From NCBI GenBank assembly GCA_024137785.1, contig JAHRHZ010000078.1, positions 20,003,462 to 20,067,461 of the forward strand: 64,000 bases of DNA. The letters run 5' to 3'. This document shows, piece after piece, positions 12,281-24,847 of the stretch. How positions within the stretch are numbered: the stretch's first letter is position 1; every line of letters starts with the position of its first letter. Source of the stretch: Ginglymostoma cirratum (Eukaryota). The notes under the pieces are model-generated. The model made no database searches, was not told where the DNA came from, and saw only the letters and a list, made by a program, of their open reading frames with translations. The translations under genes were made by a program, and so were the position numbers.

Positions 12281-13854
12281 AGGTACCGCTAAATTTCCAG
12301 CATCTTCAATAAAACTGTAATGGCCAGTAGCCCAAGACAAATCAATGGTGCACACACAGGTTAAGGAATAGAAGAACTGCAGCACTTGCACACTGATGGA
12401 TTTTTATTTTTACATCGTCCAAAATGTTGGTGTGAATTTATTTATTCAGAATGAATACTGTCTCCATTGGGAAACACTATATTTAGAAGTCAATACACTG
12501 TTCATATTGACCTTTCAGACGACTGAATAGTAACTGTAAAAATGCAAACACACCATTTAGACAGCACAAGAGAAAACTTGACACTCTGTGAATGAGCAGA
12601 ATCGTGAGGGATTGTTCATTTGTGAAAGCACAAATGTTTTAAAAAATCATGGACAGCATGCTGCTACTTCTGTTTCAGACAACATGTTGTCAGATTTTGT
12701 TTACTGTATTTTAATTTTCAAGAAATAGTTCAAATAAAAATGCATCTTGATCAAGCCATTGAAATTGCATGACAACAATGACAACAACAACGGTCCTACT
12801 CTCTGGTCTAAAAGTGAAGTTATTAATTGTTTTTGTAATGCTATCTGTTTCCACTGGGCTGGTCCCATTCACAGAGGCTTTCAGTCAATGAGAATCTATT
12901 ATGCTTATTCCTGGCTGCTGAACTGAACAAATTCATAAAACTCATCATCAGTCTTGCCGCTGGTATCACAAAATCTAGAACGAGCAACACCAGCACATTA
13001 CAGATGCCCCCCTTTGTGTGCTTTTTCATGGGCTCGAGGAGAAGCTGAGGCAAAAATGTGTGTCTAAGAGGCTTTTGGAACTAGTAGAATGATAATCCAG
13101 TATATCCCATTGTGACTAATTCCAGCTACAATCTAAACAACATATTTCACACTTTTGCTTTATGCAGAAATGTTAACTCACGAAGCGTGAACCTTGCACT
13201 GCCAAAGGCAGGGGAAAATCTGAAGATATTAGTCTCCACAATACCCTATTAAGAAAACTCAACTTGTGGCACAATAATACACCAATGTAACATGTATACT
13301 GCATTTGACTGGATCTACGTTTGTTCTAGGTGTCACACTCTCCTCCATTGTTTTTGCTCACCCTCAATCTAACTAACAAAATGAAAAGAAAGGCCTTATG
13401 TAAAGTATTAATTGCAAAAAGGGTCTCGTTTCGTTCCATCCACAAAAACGTGCATTTAAATAGTCATCTGGTAGGACAAAACTTAAGTACGTTGAAAAGA
13501 GATGCGCAATTGAGGCTTTTTGACGTGCAGTCATCAGAACAGGTGCAATTACAACTAAGTCAGCAGTAAATTTTGCAACACACTTAAAATCCGAAAATTT
13601 CAAGACGACTCAAAATCCAAAAACATCCTTGGTTTCTGGTATTCCTCAGCAAGTGGTCTACAGATGCTTTCCGCTGTAGGCAGATTCTCTTTCAGCCTGC
13701 CTTAAAGCAGCTTTCACGTTGCACTGAGTTGAGCTGCCTGAGAAAACATCAAGATAAAATACAAAACCAAAAGGACACCCTTCCTGTATTCCATCAGCAT
13801 TCTGGGGCGTCTCAGATAAAGATTTAAATTAACCATCCCCAATTTCCAAATGTA

Positions 13855-14662
13855 TAACATGGGAAAATGCAAAGTTGTTCATTTTAGAAGGAAGAACAAA
13901 TGAATAGATTATTATTCAAATGGAGAAAAACTGCAGAAAGCTACGACACTAAGGAACATGGGGGTGCTGGTGCACAAAACACAGAAAGCTATCACACAGG
14001 TGCAGTGGTAACCAGGAAGGCTAATGGAAGGTTGGCCTTATTTCAAGGGAGTTGGAGAATACAAATTGGGAAGTCTTACTGCAACTGTAAAAGGTACTGG
14101 TGACACCACATCTGGAGCACTGTGATCACTTTTGGTCCCTTTATTTATGAAAAGATTTTATTTGATTGGAAGCAGTTCAGAAAATGTTCACGAGGATGAT
14201 CCACAGAATGCAGGGATTATTTAACAACAAAGGCTGAACAGGTCTGGACTGTACTCACTGGAGTTTAGAAGAACAAGAGGTGATCTTATTGAAACATACA
14301 GAACTCTTAAGGAGCCTTGAAAGGGGAAATGCTGGGAGGATGTTTCCCCTCATGACAGCATCTAGGACAAGAGGCAGTGCCTCACAGTAAAGGGGTGACA
14401 ATTTAAGACTGAGATGAGGATGAATTTCTTCTCTTAGAAGGTTGAGTGTCTTTGGAATTCCTTGCCACAGAGAGCCGTGGGGACATAGTGCTTGTGTATA
14501 TTTCTGGCTGAAATAGAGAGATTCTTGACCAGTAGGGGAATCTAAGAGTTACAGGGAAAAGACAGGCAAGTGGATGGGAGGAATGTAGGATCAGCTATGA
14601 TCCTAATGAACGGCAGGGCAGACTAGAGGGATCTACTCCTGGTCCTGTTTATTATGGGCTTA
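13855..14662 (+). mobile_element. 5'-truncated CR1 LINE
   Basis: Starts TATAACATGGGAAAATGCAAAGTTGTTCATTTT (YNxGKCKVVHF); RT C-terminus and 3' UTR; many frameshifts. Confidence 0.8.
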
Positions 14663-14832
14663 CATCAGCAGTTTAAGCCCTTTATTGAGAAAGCATAAAA
14701 AATCATGCTTCCACCAAGAAACCCAGAGAGGGTATCACCCATTATATAAAGTTTCTCCACTTCTGACTCTGACTTTATTAAATAAGCATAAGCCATCTTT
14801 TTGAATTGCACTAGGTTCATCACATTCTCCAA

Positions 14833-14950
14833 TCAGAGATAATAGGTGATTTTCTGATGAAGGGTCTAGGCCCGAAACATCAAGCTTTCCCGCTCCTATG
14901 ATGCTGTTTGGCCTGCTGTGTTCATCCAGCTCCACACCCTGTTATCTTTT
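14833..14950 (+). mobile_element. PLE pseudo-LTR mini-insertion with hammerhead core
   Basis: CTGATGA-AGGGTCTAGGCCC-GAAACATC at 14854-14881; 11-bp TSD ACATTCTCCAA (14822-14832 and 14951-14961). Confidence 0.8.
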
Positions 14951-15049
14951 ACATTCTCCAACCAGGTGTTTTAATTTAGCATGCAATTTAAAAATTCAGT
15001 TTCCAATCTAAAGCTTCTTTTAATCTTTATTTTTCAGTTCAATCGTAAA

Positions 15050-15430
15050 ACGAGATATCTGTAACACCTTAACGCATCAAAATATCAAAACACTTTACAG
15101 GAACATTATCAAACAAAAAAGTAACATTAAGCCACATAAGGAGTAAGATTAGCAAAGGTTTGTCCAGAAGTAGGTGTGACGGAGCATTTTGAAGGAAGAC
15201 TTGTGAGGTAGTATGGTGGAAAGGCTTAGTCAAAGCATTCTAAGAGCTTAGGTACCAGGCAGTTGAAGTCATGACCACCAATGGCGGTACACTGGATGTT
15301 AAGAATGCGCAAGAGGCCAGGCAGAATTGGAGGTGCCCAAAGATCTCAGAGAGTTGTAGAGTTGGAAGAGGCCACAGAACCAGGAATTACTGAGGAATTT
15401 GAAAAAAGAAGGGATGAGGAATTTTTAAAT
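15050..15430 (-). mobile_element. Old L2-like LINE/SINE 3' fragment
   Basis: CAAAACACTTTACAGGAACATTATCAAAC...GCCACATAAGGAG...TTCTAAGAGCTTAGGTACCAGGCAGTTGAAG resembles an inverted L2-type tail; a related remnant lies at about 58385-58570. Confidence 0.45.
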
Positions 15431-16127
15431 TTTTAAACATCAGATTTAAAAAAAACCTCTTGGAATTGCACTATACAGAGCTGGTTTCTCAGTCTGTATT
15501 TAATCACAGAAGAACTCATGAAAGGAGATGCTGTCTGGCAAGTAAAATATTCATGCCTTTACGGCAACAATTCTAATGTCATCAGCACCCCAGTGGTCTA
15601 TTGTGACTTACAGTGAATGGGCTGGACTATATGATAAATGTCACCAGTTGACTACATGGAGTCTCTGGTATTGTTATGGAAAACATTGCATTTTCCAACT
15701 CTTCACATTTTAAAGGTTACCTTTTCTCCAACTATTTCTGTGACAGCTTCTGATAATGAAACCCAGCATATATAAAGTTATGATTTGTGATAAAGTCCTA
15801 AATGAAGAAACTATAAGAAAAAAGTTTCACTGAATCTCTGAAGTCAACTATTTCTTTTATATTAAAATACACTGTCACTAATAATTCACAGGAAAACATT
15901 TGGTCAAGTTCAACATGTGAACAATTAATTTTTGACAATATCTCAAACATAGATCTTGTAAAGCCAAATGAAATCAAAATACTGCAGAGACTGGAAATCA
16001 GAAACAGACTGTAGAGACAGTTGTATCAGAGATAAAAGGTACTGCAGATGCTGGAGAATCCGAGATAACAAGCATGGGGCTGGATGAACACAGCAGGTCA
16101 AGCAGCATCATAGGAGCAGGAAAACTT

Positions 16128-16155
16128 GACGTTTCGGGCCTAAACCCTTCATCAG
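16128..16155 (-). ncRNA. Minimal type I hammerhead ribozyme core (PLE type)
   Basis: Minus strand CTGATGA-A-GGG-TTTAGG-CCC-GAAA-CG-TC; mirrored on the plus strand at 16181-16208 and 16619-16646. Stem I is weak. Confidence 0.65.
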
Positions 16156-16213
16156 AAAATGGTTGGAGAAAATTGATTTTCTGATGAAGGGTTTAGGCCC
16201 GAAACGTCAAGTT

Positions 16214-16613
16214 NNNNNNNNNNNNNNNNNNNNNNNNNNNNNNNNNNNNNNNNNNNNNNNNNNNNNNNNNNNNNNNNNNNNNNNNNNNNNNNNNNNNNNN
16301 NNNNNNNNNNNNNNNNNNNNNNNNNNNNNNNNNNNNNNNNNNNNNNNNNNNNNNNNNNNNNNNNNNNNNNNNNNNNNNNNNNNNNNNNNNNNNNNNNNNN
16401 NNNNNNNNNNNNNNNNNNNNNNNNNNNNNNNNNNNNNNNNNNNNNNNNNNNNNNNNNNNNNNNNNNNNNNNNNNNNNNNNNNNNNNNNNNNNNNNNNNNN
16501 NNNNNNNNNNNNNNNNNNNNNNNNNNNNNNNNNNNNNNNNNNNNNNNNNNNNNNNNNNNNNNNNNNNNNNNNNNNNNNNNNNNNNNNNNNNNNNNNNNNN
16601 NNNNNNNNNNNNN
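16214..16613. other. Assembly gap (400 N)
   Basis: Run of N. Confidence 0.99.
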
Positions 16614-17949
16614 ATTTTCTGATGAAGGGTTTAGGCCCGAAACGTCAAGTTTTCCTGCTCCTATGATGCTGCTTGACCTGCTGTGTTCATCCAGCCCCAT
16701 GCTTGTTATCTCTGTAGAGACAGTTAATGTTTCAAGTCAATTTTGACTTCTTTAAAACATCTATTTCTCTCAACACAGATGCTGCCAGACCTGCTGAGTT
16801 TTTCAGCATAATCAGTGTCTAATCTTCGGAAATCAAGTTGCAATCCTGATTATGCAGATACGGAAGTTTCTGCAGAACCGGTGTTTGACAAAAGGTAGAA
16901 ATAAGCAGAGATAAATAAGCACTTGGTTTTCAATAGAGTTTCAGTGAACATTCATCAAAACACAATTCTCTCAGCTTCCCTGACATACAAACACCAAATC
17001 CATAATGTACAAAGAATGAAAGATAATAGAAGTATCCTTTGGCTCCTACCTGCTCCAATCTTGTTCCTGAATACCACAAGCAGTTACCTGCACCATACTG
17101 CAAATTAATGTGTGGAGATGTTTATTTGTTAGCATTTTGCTATTTTGAGGAAACAAAATTTTCAAACAGAAAAGTGCAACAGAAAGGTGTTTTCCATACT
17201 TTCTAATTAAGAGGTCAACAGAACAAATATATTAGAGGACAATCATTCAGAAAATTCCTGACCTCTGCCCATTTCATGATACACAGCAAGATCAGTCTGT
17301 TAGAATCTTTCCTGCACCTGACAGCTTTCCCTTCTGAGTAGCAGAGCTACAATACAAATTCCAAAAAAAATTAGAGGCTGTGAAATAGCTTCCAGAGGCT
17401 TCCTACTATTTTCTTAATTCTGTATTTACAGAACTAACATTCCAAAATATTATAACATTCATTTGTACACACATTAATCCCTTTTCAATCACAACTAACT
17501 AATTTGTTCTTCTTTGCCTCAATTGACTTATATTTTCTGAAGTTTGATATACTGGGCCAGGAACTTTTGAATTTGAATCTTAGAACCGTTCATGTTTAAT
17601 CTTTCATCTTGATGTTTCTAAACACGAACTGTAACTTAACGAGTTAACAGTGGACTGATCAAAGCTTGACACGTAACACACAACAGATCTCATGGCTACC
17701 TGACACCGAATGCAATTGTACACAAGACCCAACAGCAGAAGCATGGATACTTTGTCAACCTGCATCGGGACATGAGGGCCCACTGGAAAGACATATTATG
17801 GGATTAAATCAGGTTGCTCCACAAACACCAATTTCAAACTCGCCAGAACAATTTATGTATTCCATGTCTGCACTTCACTACATTGGCATACACAATTTGT
17901 GCTAATATGCGCTGACCTCTTTGCTGCTATCAGCACACTGAAAGATGTT

Positions 17950-19730
17950 ACATGCAAACTGCACATAGGCCATAACACGTGCCCAATTGCACATCTATAG
18001 TGATACATACAATTCCATTTCAGAAAGCAGAACAAGGAGGACTTTTAGCACCTCCCTGGTCTGGACATTGAGAATGTCAGGGATGTGTCTACCTCTTAGG
18101 TCTCAACTATAAAAATTGTTAAAGCGGCCAAGAACGAGAGTTGGATTAGAATCTACGTTAATATGCAATCACTGAACAAATCAGTATGGGAACAACATCT
18201 GACACAAATAAATGCTGATATGAGAGTGAAAGTGAACAGAGCTAATGTTTCTCCAACCTTGACCACGATGCAGGCTACCATCAAATCGAGATTGGAGATA
18301 AGTGAAGCTATCTTTCTGTATTTTCCTCTCATATTGGACTTTGTCAATGCAGGAGGCTCAACGCTGGAGCCAAGTTAGCAGCAGCAATGTTTCAACATAT
18401 GATTCAACCTGCACTTCAAAGGACTGAAAGCACTCTGAATGTCAGAGATGACATTCCCACCTACAGTCACACTAAACATGAAGTCGTGAGAGACCTCCAT
18501 GCAGGTCTGCAACGTCTTAGAGAATGTAGCCTTGCTTTGAACAAAGATGGTTGCTCGCTCAATGAAAGCAGCGCTCTTTGGTCACATGCTTAGAGATGAA
18601 AGAGTAACGCCGTTACACAGAAAGGTGAAGCCATTACAAATGGTATGGATCTTACAAAAGTGTAGCAAATCCAGAGTTTGAGTGGATTTATCACTAACTG
18701 GAGTCATTTCATTCCTTACCTTGCAACGTTTTCGGCAATCCCCCTGCCCTCACTCAGAGATCACCAACTACGAGTAAACTATCATACAAACCAAGTATAC
18801 ACCAGATCAAAGAAAGGTTTCCCAAAAGTCTATTTCAATGCAGAGAAACCATCAGCTAGTCATGGATGCAAGCCTGTTTGGCTTAGGTGCAGCTCTTATA
18901 CAAAAAGATAAGGTAGGCAACTTATCATTGTGATACATACCGTATGCACTAAAACTAGCTGACAACAAACATGAAGCATTGTAACTATGCACAATGGCTG
19001 CATAATTACAAAATTGAAAAGGTAGGTGAACAAGGATGTTGTTGGGATTACAGGGCTTGAGTTGAGGAAAAGCTGGATAGGCTGGGACTTTATTTAATGC
19101 AGCGTTGGAGGTTGAGGGGTGGCCTTAATAGAGGTTTTTAAAATCATGAGAGGCATTGACAAGGTGAATAGCAAAGGTGTGTTCCCTCAGGCAGGGAAGT
19201 TCAAACTAGGGTGCATATTCTGAGGGTGAGAGGAGGAAGATTTAAAAAGGGATAGGAGGGGCAACATTTTCATCCAGCGGCTGTTTCATATGCGGAATGA
19301 ACTGCCAGAGAACATGGTAGATGCAGGTATAGTTACAACATTTAAAAGATATTTGGACAGGGATGTGGACCAAACAGAGGGAAATGAGACAAGTTTAGTT
19401 TGGGAAACCTGGTTGGCATGGATGAGATGGACTGAACAGTCTGGTTCCGTGCTGAATGACTCTGTGTGACCACATCAGCATCTACAAATGAAATTACTCA
19501 CACACTGCAAGTTCTTTGCAATGTTTCGAGTGATTTCACTGTTCGAACCACATCGGATCTCTGATGCAGCAACAACCTTGTCATTCCACACTCATTGAGG
19601 GAATGTGTTGCCTATGTAGAACATGAAGGTCACCAGGGAATTATGAAAACCAAATACTTCCCTAAGGAAAAGCTATATTGCTCAGAAACTGACCACACGG
19701 TAGGGCACAAAATCAAACGGTATTTGCAGG
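17950..19730 (+). mobile_element. Highly decayed Gypsy LTR-retrotransposon pol relic (RT and integrase zinc-binding domain), split by a CR1
   Basis: ORF 18387..18593 MFQHMIQ...LNVRDDIPTYS...LQRLRECSLALNKDGC fits the Gypsy RT YxDD region; about 19620-19680 reads HEGHQGIMKTKY..KEKL, the integrase zinc-binding motif. Confidence 0.75.
19010..19470 (+). mobile_element. CR1 LINE 3' end
   Basis: GGATAGGCTGGGACTT...GGAGGTTGAGGGGTG...TGGAATGAACTGCCAGAG pattern followed by a 3' UTR. Confidence 0.85.
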
Positions 19731-19875
19731 TGAATATTTAAGTTTTATTATTTACACTTTGGAAACAAACCGTTAAATCATACTCTCTGCCTTTACCGCT
19801 ATGAAGAAGAGGTGGGGGGGGAAATGATGTCGTGTACAATATGGAAAATTGTACTGTGCATTTTATTCACAAGGT

Positions 19876-19968
19876 TACCACATACCTGACAAAGGGGTAG
19901 TGCTTTGAAAGCCTGTGATTTCAAATAAACCTGTTGGACCATCACCCAATGTCATGTGAATTTTGACA
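19876..19968 (+). mobile_element. Degenerate PLE-type short repeat (same family as 44891-45032)
   Basis: CCTGACAAAGGGGTAGTGCTTTGAAAGCC...CAAATAAACCTGTTGGAC; decayed hammerhead core. Confidence 0.55.
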
Positions 19969-21277
19969 CATGCCAGCAGAGGTAATACAAAGAAGGCTGT
20001 ATCTCCTGACACCCTGAAAAGTTCTGCACATGTGCACTTTTTAACACACTCTTCCAGGAAAAAACATGACAGCTTCCAAGTGAGCACAATAAATATGAGC
20101 AAACGGGACAGTGATGCCAGTGCAGTACTGGAATTTTGCACATACATATTGAAAGAGTTTCCGGTGTCAAAAGACATTTTCTAAGGAGAAATCCATATTT
20201 TAACAGTAAATGCTGTTCTGATCCAGAATGTTCCTAATTGAATATTATTACTTCTCCCCAAGAACTTTACACTCAGCAACAATTTAAGATGAGTGGATTG
20301 AAGAGAAGAAAAGCCTTATAACATAATGTGCACCAAAGAAGCATTTGGCAAATATTCCTAAAGGAACTGAATTAATTCAACTGACTGTCGGCTCCATAAA
20401 ACCCTAAAGGTATATTCTGAGGATGAAAGCAGTTTTGGCTACTTTCAATAGCCAGCCAGTTTGGAGGATTGATCTTTTAGTGAAGAACTCATCACAAAGT
20501 AGGAGGAAAGTTCTGTTCCTCCTTTTCACATTTAGTTTCAGTTTGCAACAGGTAAGTGCAGCTGGAAATGTGACTACTGAGATGGAACGCTTTTACTCAA
20601 TATATCAGCATGTCAGAACTGTGAAAGCCAGGATTGTGTGTGGGACTAAATCTGCAAATCTAAAGGATTTGTCTTTTTTAAAAAAAACTTTCCGCTTCAA
20701 CGCTGTACGTTTGGTGAAGTCATCGATTGTTTGATTAGCAGACAAAATGAAGTACAGTATGCAACAGATTAGTTGACAAGTGACACTACATTAGGTACAA
20801 AGCTTCACAGCAAACATAACTTTTCATAAAATTTGACATACTGTCATCATCTGGATTTGACAGGCCTGATTTTCTCTGATGTGGCAGGATTTGGAGGTTA
20901 ATTGGTGAGGCCTGGGAGTGAGAGTTAATATGTGCCCAGTAGGTAGAAAAGGAGGCCAGGGAAGCAGGCCACATTAGGGTCAACTCATAAACCATCAATG
21001 TGGCTGCCATCTGTGTGCAGTCACCAAACAAAAAGCTGCTGAAACTTCAAACAATCTAGGGTAGATAGAGGGTTGGAACACGGAGCAAGGTAGGGAACTG
21101 TTCATGGTATTAAAATTTAACCATTGTGGAATCAAGTTTTCTTTAAATCTTCCACTTCTCCCAATCAAATAAGTCTTTTTCGAGACCATGATCCTGTTCC
21201 TGTCTGGCTTTAGAGCTGTCTTGCTCTCAATAAACCAGCTGCTTCCAGAAAAAATTCCTAAACCTTAGAAGATGAGG

Positions 21278-21712
21278 TCTGGGTATAGAGGATTTGAGTT
21301 ATAAAATTAGGCTGGATAGGCCGGGACCTCTTTCCACTGGAGCATAGGAGGTTAAGAGGTGACCTTATGGAGGCTTATAAAATCGTGAGGGATTTAGATA
21401 GGGCTAATGGTTGGTGTGTTTTCCCTCGATGAGAGATTTCAAGACTAGGGGTCATATGTTTAAGGTGAGAGCAAAGACATGAAGGGCAAATTTTTTTTTA
21501 TACAGAGGGTGGTTCATGTGTGGAATGAATTTCCTGAGTTGAATGTGGACACAGTCACAAAGATTAAAAAAACACTTAGATACGTACATGAATAGGAAAG
21601 GCTTGGAGGGACTTGGGCCAGGAGCAGGAAGGTGAGACTAGTTTAGTTTGGGATTATGTTTGACTTGGACTGGTTGGACCAAAGGGTCTGTTTCCATATT
21701 GCATAACTCCAT
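21278..21712 (+). mobile_element. CR1 LINE 3' end
   Basis: GCTGGATAGGCCGGGAC...GGTGACCTTATGGAGGCTTATAAAATC...TGTGGAATGAATTTCCTG and 3' UTR. Confidence 0.85.
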
Positions 21713-22569
21713 GAGGGACCTGCTTAATATCTTAAATCACGTAATGAATAACACAGATGACTTCACTCTCTTTTTTTTGTGTCCTGGTGAAAATTGGGAA
21801 CTAGAGTCCAGGAACAGCGGTGGGACATGTTACATATGAAGTGAAGTGCCATTTTTTATCGTTGTCTGATTTCATTACTACTCAATTCCAGCAACAAAAA
21901 TCCAGCCTTCTGTACTATTGTAACAGGCTCACTGTTCACAAGATTCACTGCTCTTTAATGGAAGCAATGCTGTGCAAGTGACAATGCAACATCAGTTTCT
22001 TTCTGAACAGCAGAGGGTCATGAGGAATGCTGGGTCAAGGTTTCAGTTACTTGAAGTGCTCAGAAATGGAAGAGTTACCATGCAGCTCACTGCTCCATTT
22101 AGCAACTCGTCTCCCATGAATACAATAAATTACTTGAACAGTTTGCATCCATCTACATAGTGAAGGAAGAGGACAACTTAAAGGTGCCTAAAATACACCC
22201 TAAAAATGAGACAAACTGAAAAAGATGTTGGCTTTAATATGATTTAAATAAAAGGAACCAGAACAGTTCCATCCAGGCTACTGAAATAAAAATGTGAACA
22301 CATTTCAGACACGGTACAGAAATGTTCAAATCTCTCAAAATGGAAATTATGCAAGTGAAAGGGAATATTTCAAAAATCACTATTATTTAAGTAGAGTGGA
22401 AGGATTTTATCAAAAGTGGCCAAGTGTCCATTTGAGAGTGTTTCAATATACAAGTCAACCCTTTCAGCAACAAAATGCTATCCTCACACTCAAGGTGAGC
22501 GTAGTGATCATTACTAAGGACAAGGTGCTAGTGAAGCTGAAAGTGGATAAATCACCCGGACCAGATGGA

Positions 22570-22864
22570 ATTAGAATTCCCTACAGTGTGGAAACAGGCC
22601 CTTCAGTCCAACAAGTCTACACCGACCCTCAGAGCATCCCACCCAAGCACATCTCCCTATAACTCACCTAATCTACACATCCCTGAACACTACGGGCAAT
22701 TTAGCATGTCCAATCCACCCAGCCTGCACATCTCTGGACTGTGGGAGGAAACTGGGGCACCCGGATGAGAATGTGCAAACTCTACACAGGCAGTCACCCG
22801 AGTGTAGAATCAAACCCTGGCCCCTGGCGCTGTGAGGCAGCAGTGCTAACCACTGAACCACCCA
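22570..22864 (-). mobile_element. tRNA-derived V-domain SINE (HE1-like)
   Basis: Minus strand GGTGGTTCAGTGGTTAGCACTGCTGCCTCACAGCGCCAGGG head, V-core and tail. Confidence 0.85.
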
Positions 22865-22977
22865 TCAATGGGTGATGGCTTGAAACAGCACAAGAAGTGT
22901 GCCAAACAGAGTGTTCAGCATTTACTGGTGTCTGATGCAAACCAGTACTGGCACACCTGCACATCAGTAAACAGCAC

Positions 22978-23562
22978 CAGAGGGCTAGAATACAAAAGCA
23001 GAGATGTCCTGCTGAGGCTGTGTAAGGCTCCGGTCAGATCACACGTAGGTCTAAGGAAGGAGGTGCTGGCATTGTAGGTGGTTCATAAGAGGTTTACAAG
23101 AATAAACCCAGGGATGAAGAGCTGGTCATATGAGGTATGGGTGAGGGCACTGGGTCTGAACTCAATAGAGTTTAGAAGGATGAGGGGGAATCTGATTTAA
23201 ATTAACAGGATCCTGAGAGGCCTGGATACCGTAAACACAGAGAAGATGTTTCCACTAATAGAAGAGGCTAGAATCTGAGGGCACAGCTTCAGAGTGAAAA
23301 TACAGCCCTTTAGAAGTGACATGAGAAGGAATTTCTTCAACTGAAGGATGGTTAATCTGTGGAACTCACTGCTGTAGAGTGCTGTGGAGGCAAAGTCACT
23401 GAGTGGATTTAAGGGAGAGATAGGTAGATAGATAGGTTCTTGATTGGTCAGGGAATCAAGGACTACAGGGACAATGGGTTCAGAAACATATCAACGATGA
23501 TCAAATGGCACAGCAGATGGAATGAGCCAAAGAGCCTTATTCTGCCGCTATGTTAATGGTCT
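22978..23562 (+). mobile_element. CR1 LINE 3' fragment
   Basis: RGLEYKSRDVLLRLCKA in ORF 22868..23077, then CR1 C-terminus and UTR. Confidence 0.8.
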
Positions 23563-23944
23563 ACTCGTAATAGGCCTCGAATTATTACTCAGAAATGCAT
23601 TTTTACTTACTTCATACCATAAGCTGTCGCAAGTCTTGAACAGACATGCTCTGAAAACGATCCTTAGGAAGTTAGGACATAAATTTTATTCTCTGGCCAT
23701 TGCCTAGTTTACTTGTACTGAGAAGTAATAACAGAATTCTGCTTCTAAATGCATTATAATATGCAAACTCTGCTTTTCCAACAGTTAATCCAAAATGTCA
23801 GGAGAACATGGGCAGCAGAAAATACTTTTCTAATCCTCTGAAATATTTGATGGGAAAGTTCTGTGTCTGAGAATAAATGGGTGAGGCGCTCCTGAAATAT
23901 GAAGCTGTTCCATACTTGAGCCGCATTGCATATGGTGCAGACAA

Positions 23945-24205
23945 GTTTTTCAAGTGGAATGCAAGAGTCACTGGTGAGGACACATTTGTTACCCACTTAT
24001 TCTCTCTCTTGGGAAAGTGGTGGTGAGCCACTTTATTAAACTGCTGAAGCTGAAGAGGCGTAGGTACCCCCACAGTGTGGGCAGGAAGGGAGTCTGAGGT
24101 TGAGTAGGCTGCTGTAAGGGAACAGCAATAGAGTCCTACGTCAAGATGGTGTGTGGCTCTAAGGGTAACTTGCAGGTGGTGCTGATCCCACCAAGACATC
24201 TGTCT
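23945..24205 (-). mobile_element. 3' end of the CR1/L2-like LINE family also seen at 41790-42440
   Basis: GGTGGTGAGCCACTTTATTAAACTGCTG...GGTACCCCCACAGTG...GGGTAACTTGCAGGTGGTG is the reverse complement of the plus-strand copies. Confidence 0.65.
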
Positions 24206-24234
24206 TTGTTTATCTAGGAAAATCGAAGTATGCT

Positions 24235-24510
24235 TAGACAGTCTTTTCAGATGAGATATTCCGTTGTGGCCATGTCAACTCTACAAATACACCTAAAAGA
24301 ACTCATGCCATCATTTCAAACAAGAGCAGAGAGCTTTCCCCAGAGCTGGAGCAATAAGAGAAAACTGACCATCTCATCATTATCAGATTGCTGTTTGCGG
24401 GAGCTTCCTAGGAGTAGATTGGGTGCTACATATCCTACATTACAACAAAACCTACATTTCTAAAGTACTTCATTGACTGTAAAATGTTTGGAAATATCCT
24501 GCAGATATCC
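24235..24510 (+). mobile_element. Old Deu-domain SINE (AmnSINE/SacSINE-like)
   Basis: CTTTTCAGATGAGAT...CATGCCATCATTTCAAACAAGAGCAGAG core; aligns by eye with 27310-27705; its tail resumes after 24847. Confidence 0.55.
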
Positions 24511-24513
24511 TAG

Positions 24514-24847
24514 AGGTGTAGATGATAGTCTAGTTGTATTATCGCTGGACTGTTAATCCAGAGACCCAGTAATGGGTTTGAATCCTGCCATAGCATTCGA
24601 ATTCAATAAAACAATAATCTGGAATTAAGGGTTTAATGATGACCACGAATTCCTTGTTGATTGTTGGCGAAAAACCCATATGGTTCATTAATCGCCTTTA
24701 GGGAAAGAAACTGTCATCCCTACCTGGTCTGGCCTACATGTGACGTCAGACCCACAGCAATGCGGTTGACTCTTAATTCTCCATTGGGGATGGGCAATAA
24801 ATGCTGGTCCGGCCAGTGACACCCTCATCCCATCAATGAATAAAAAG
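24514..24847 (+). mobile_element. tRNA-derived SINE, second family
   Basis: GTATTATCGCTGGACTGTTAATCCAGAG...GGGTTTGAATCC head; ends GGGATGGGCAATAAATGCTGG...AATGAATAAAAA. Confidence 0.8.

Larger units (their letters stand above)
16023..16711. mobile_element. Back-to-back inverted pair of PLE pseudo-LTRs spanning an assembly gap
   Basis: Minus copy 16023-16160; plus copy 16177-16213 continuing at 16614-16711; 14-bp TSD CTGTAGAGACAGTT (16009-16022 and 16712-16725). Confidence 0.85.

Noticed and set aside
13590-13755. Minus-strand acceptor-like site (ttttctcAG) as the missing USP exon
   Set aside because: The downstream translation lacks the QHDA/LLWLLDRVHEDL motifs.
16152-16700. Long ORFs of 167-182 aa in the track
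   Set aside because: They run through the 400-N gap and are artefacts.
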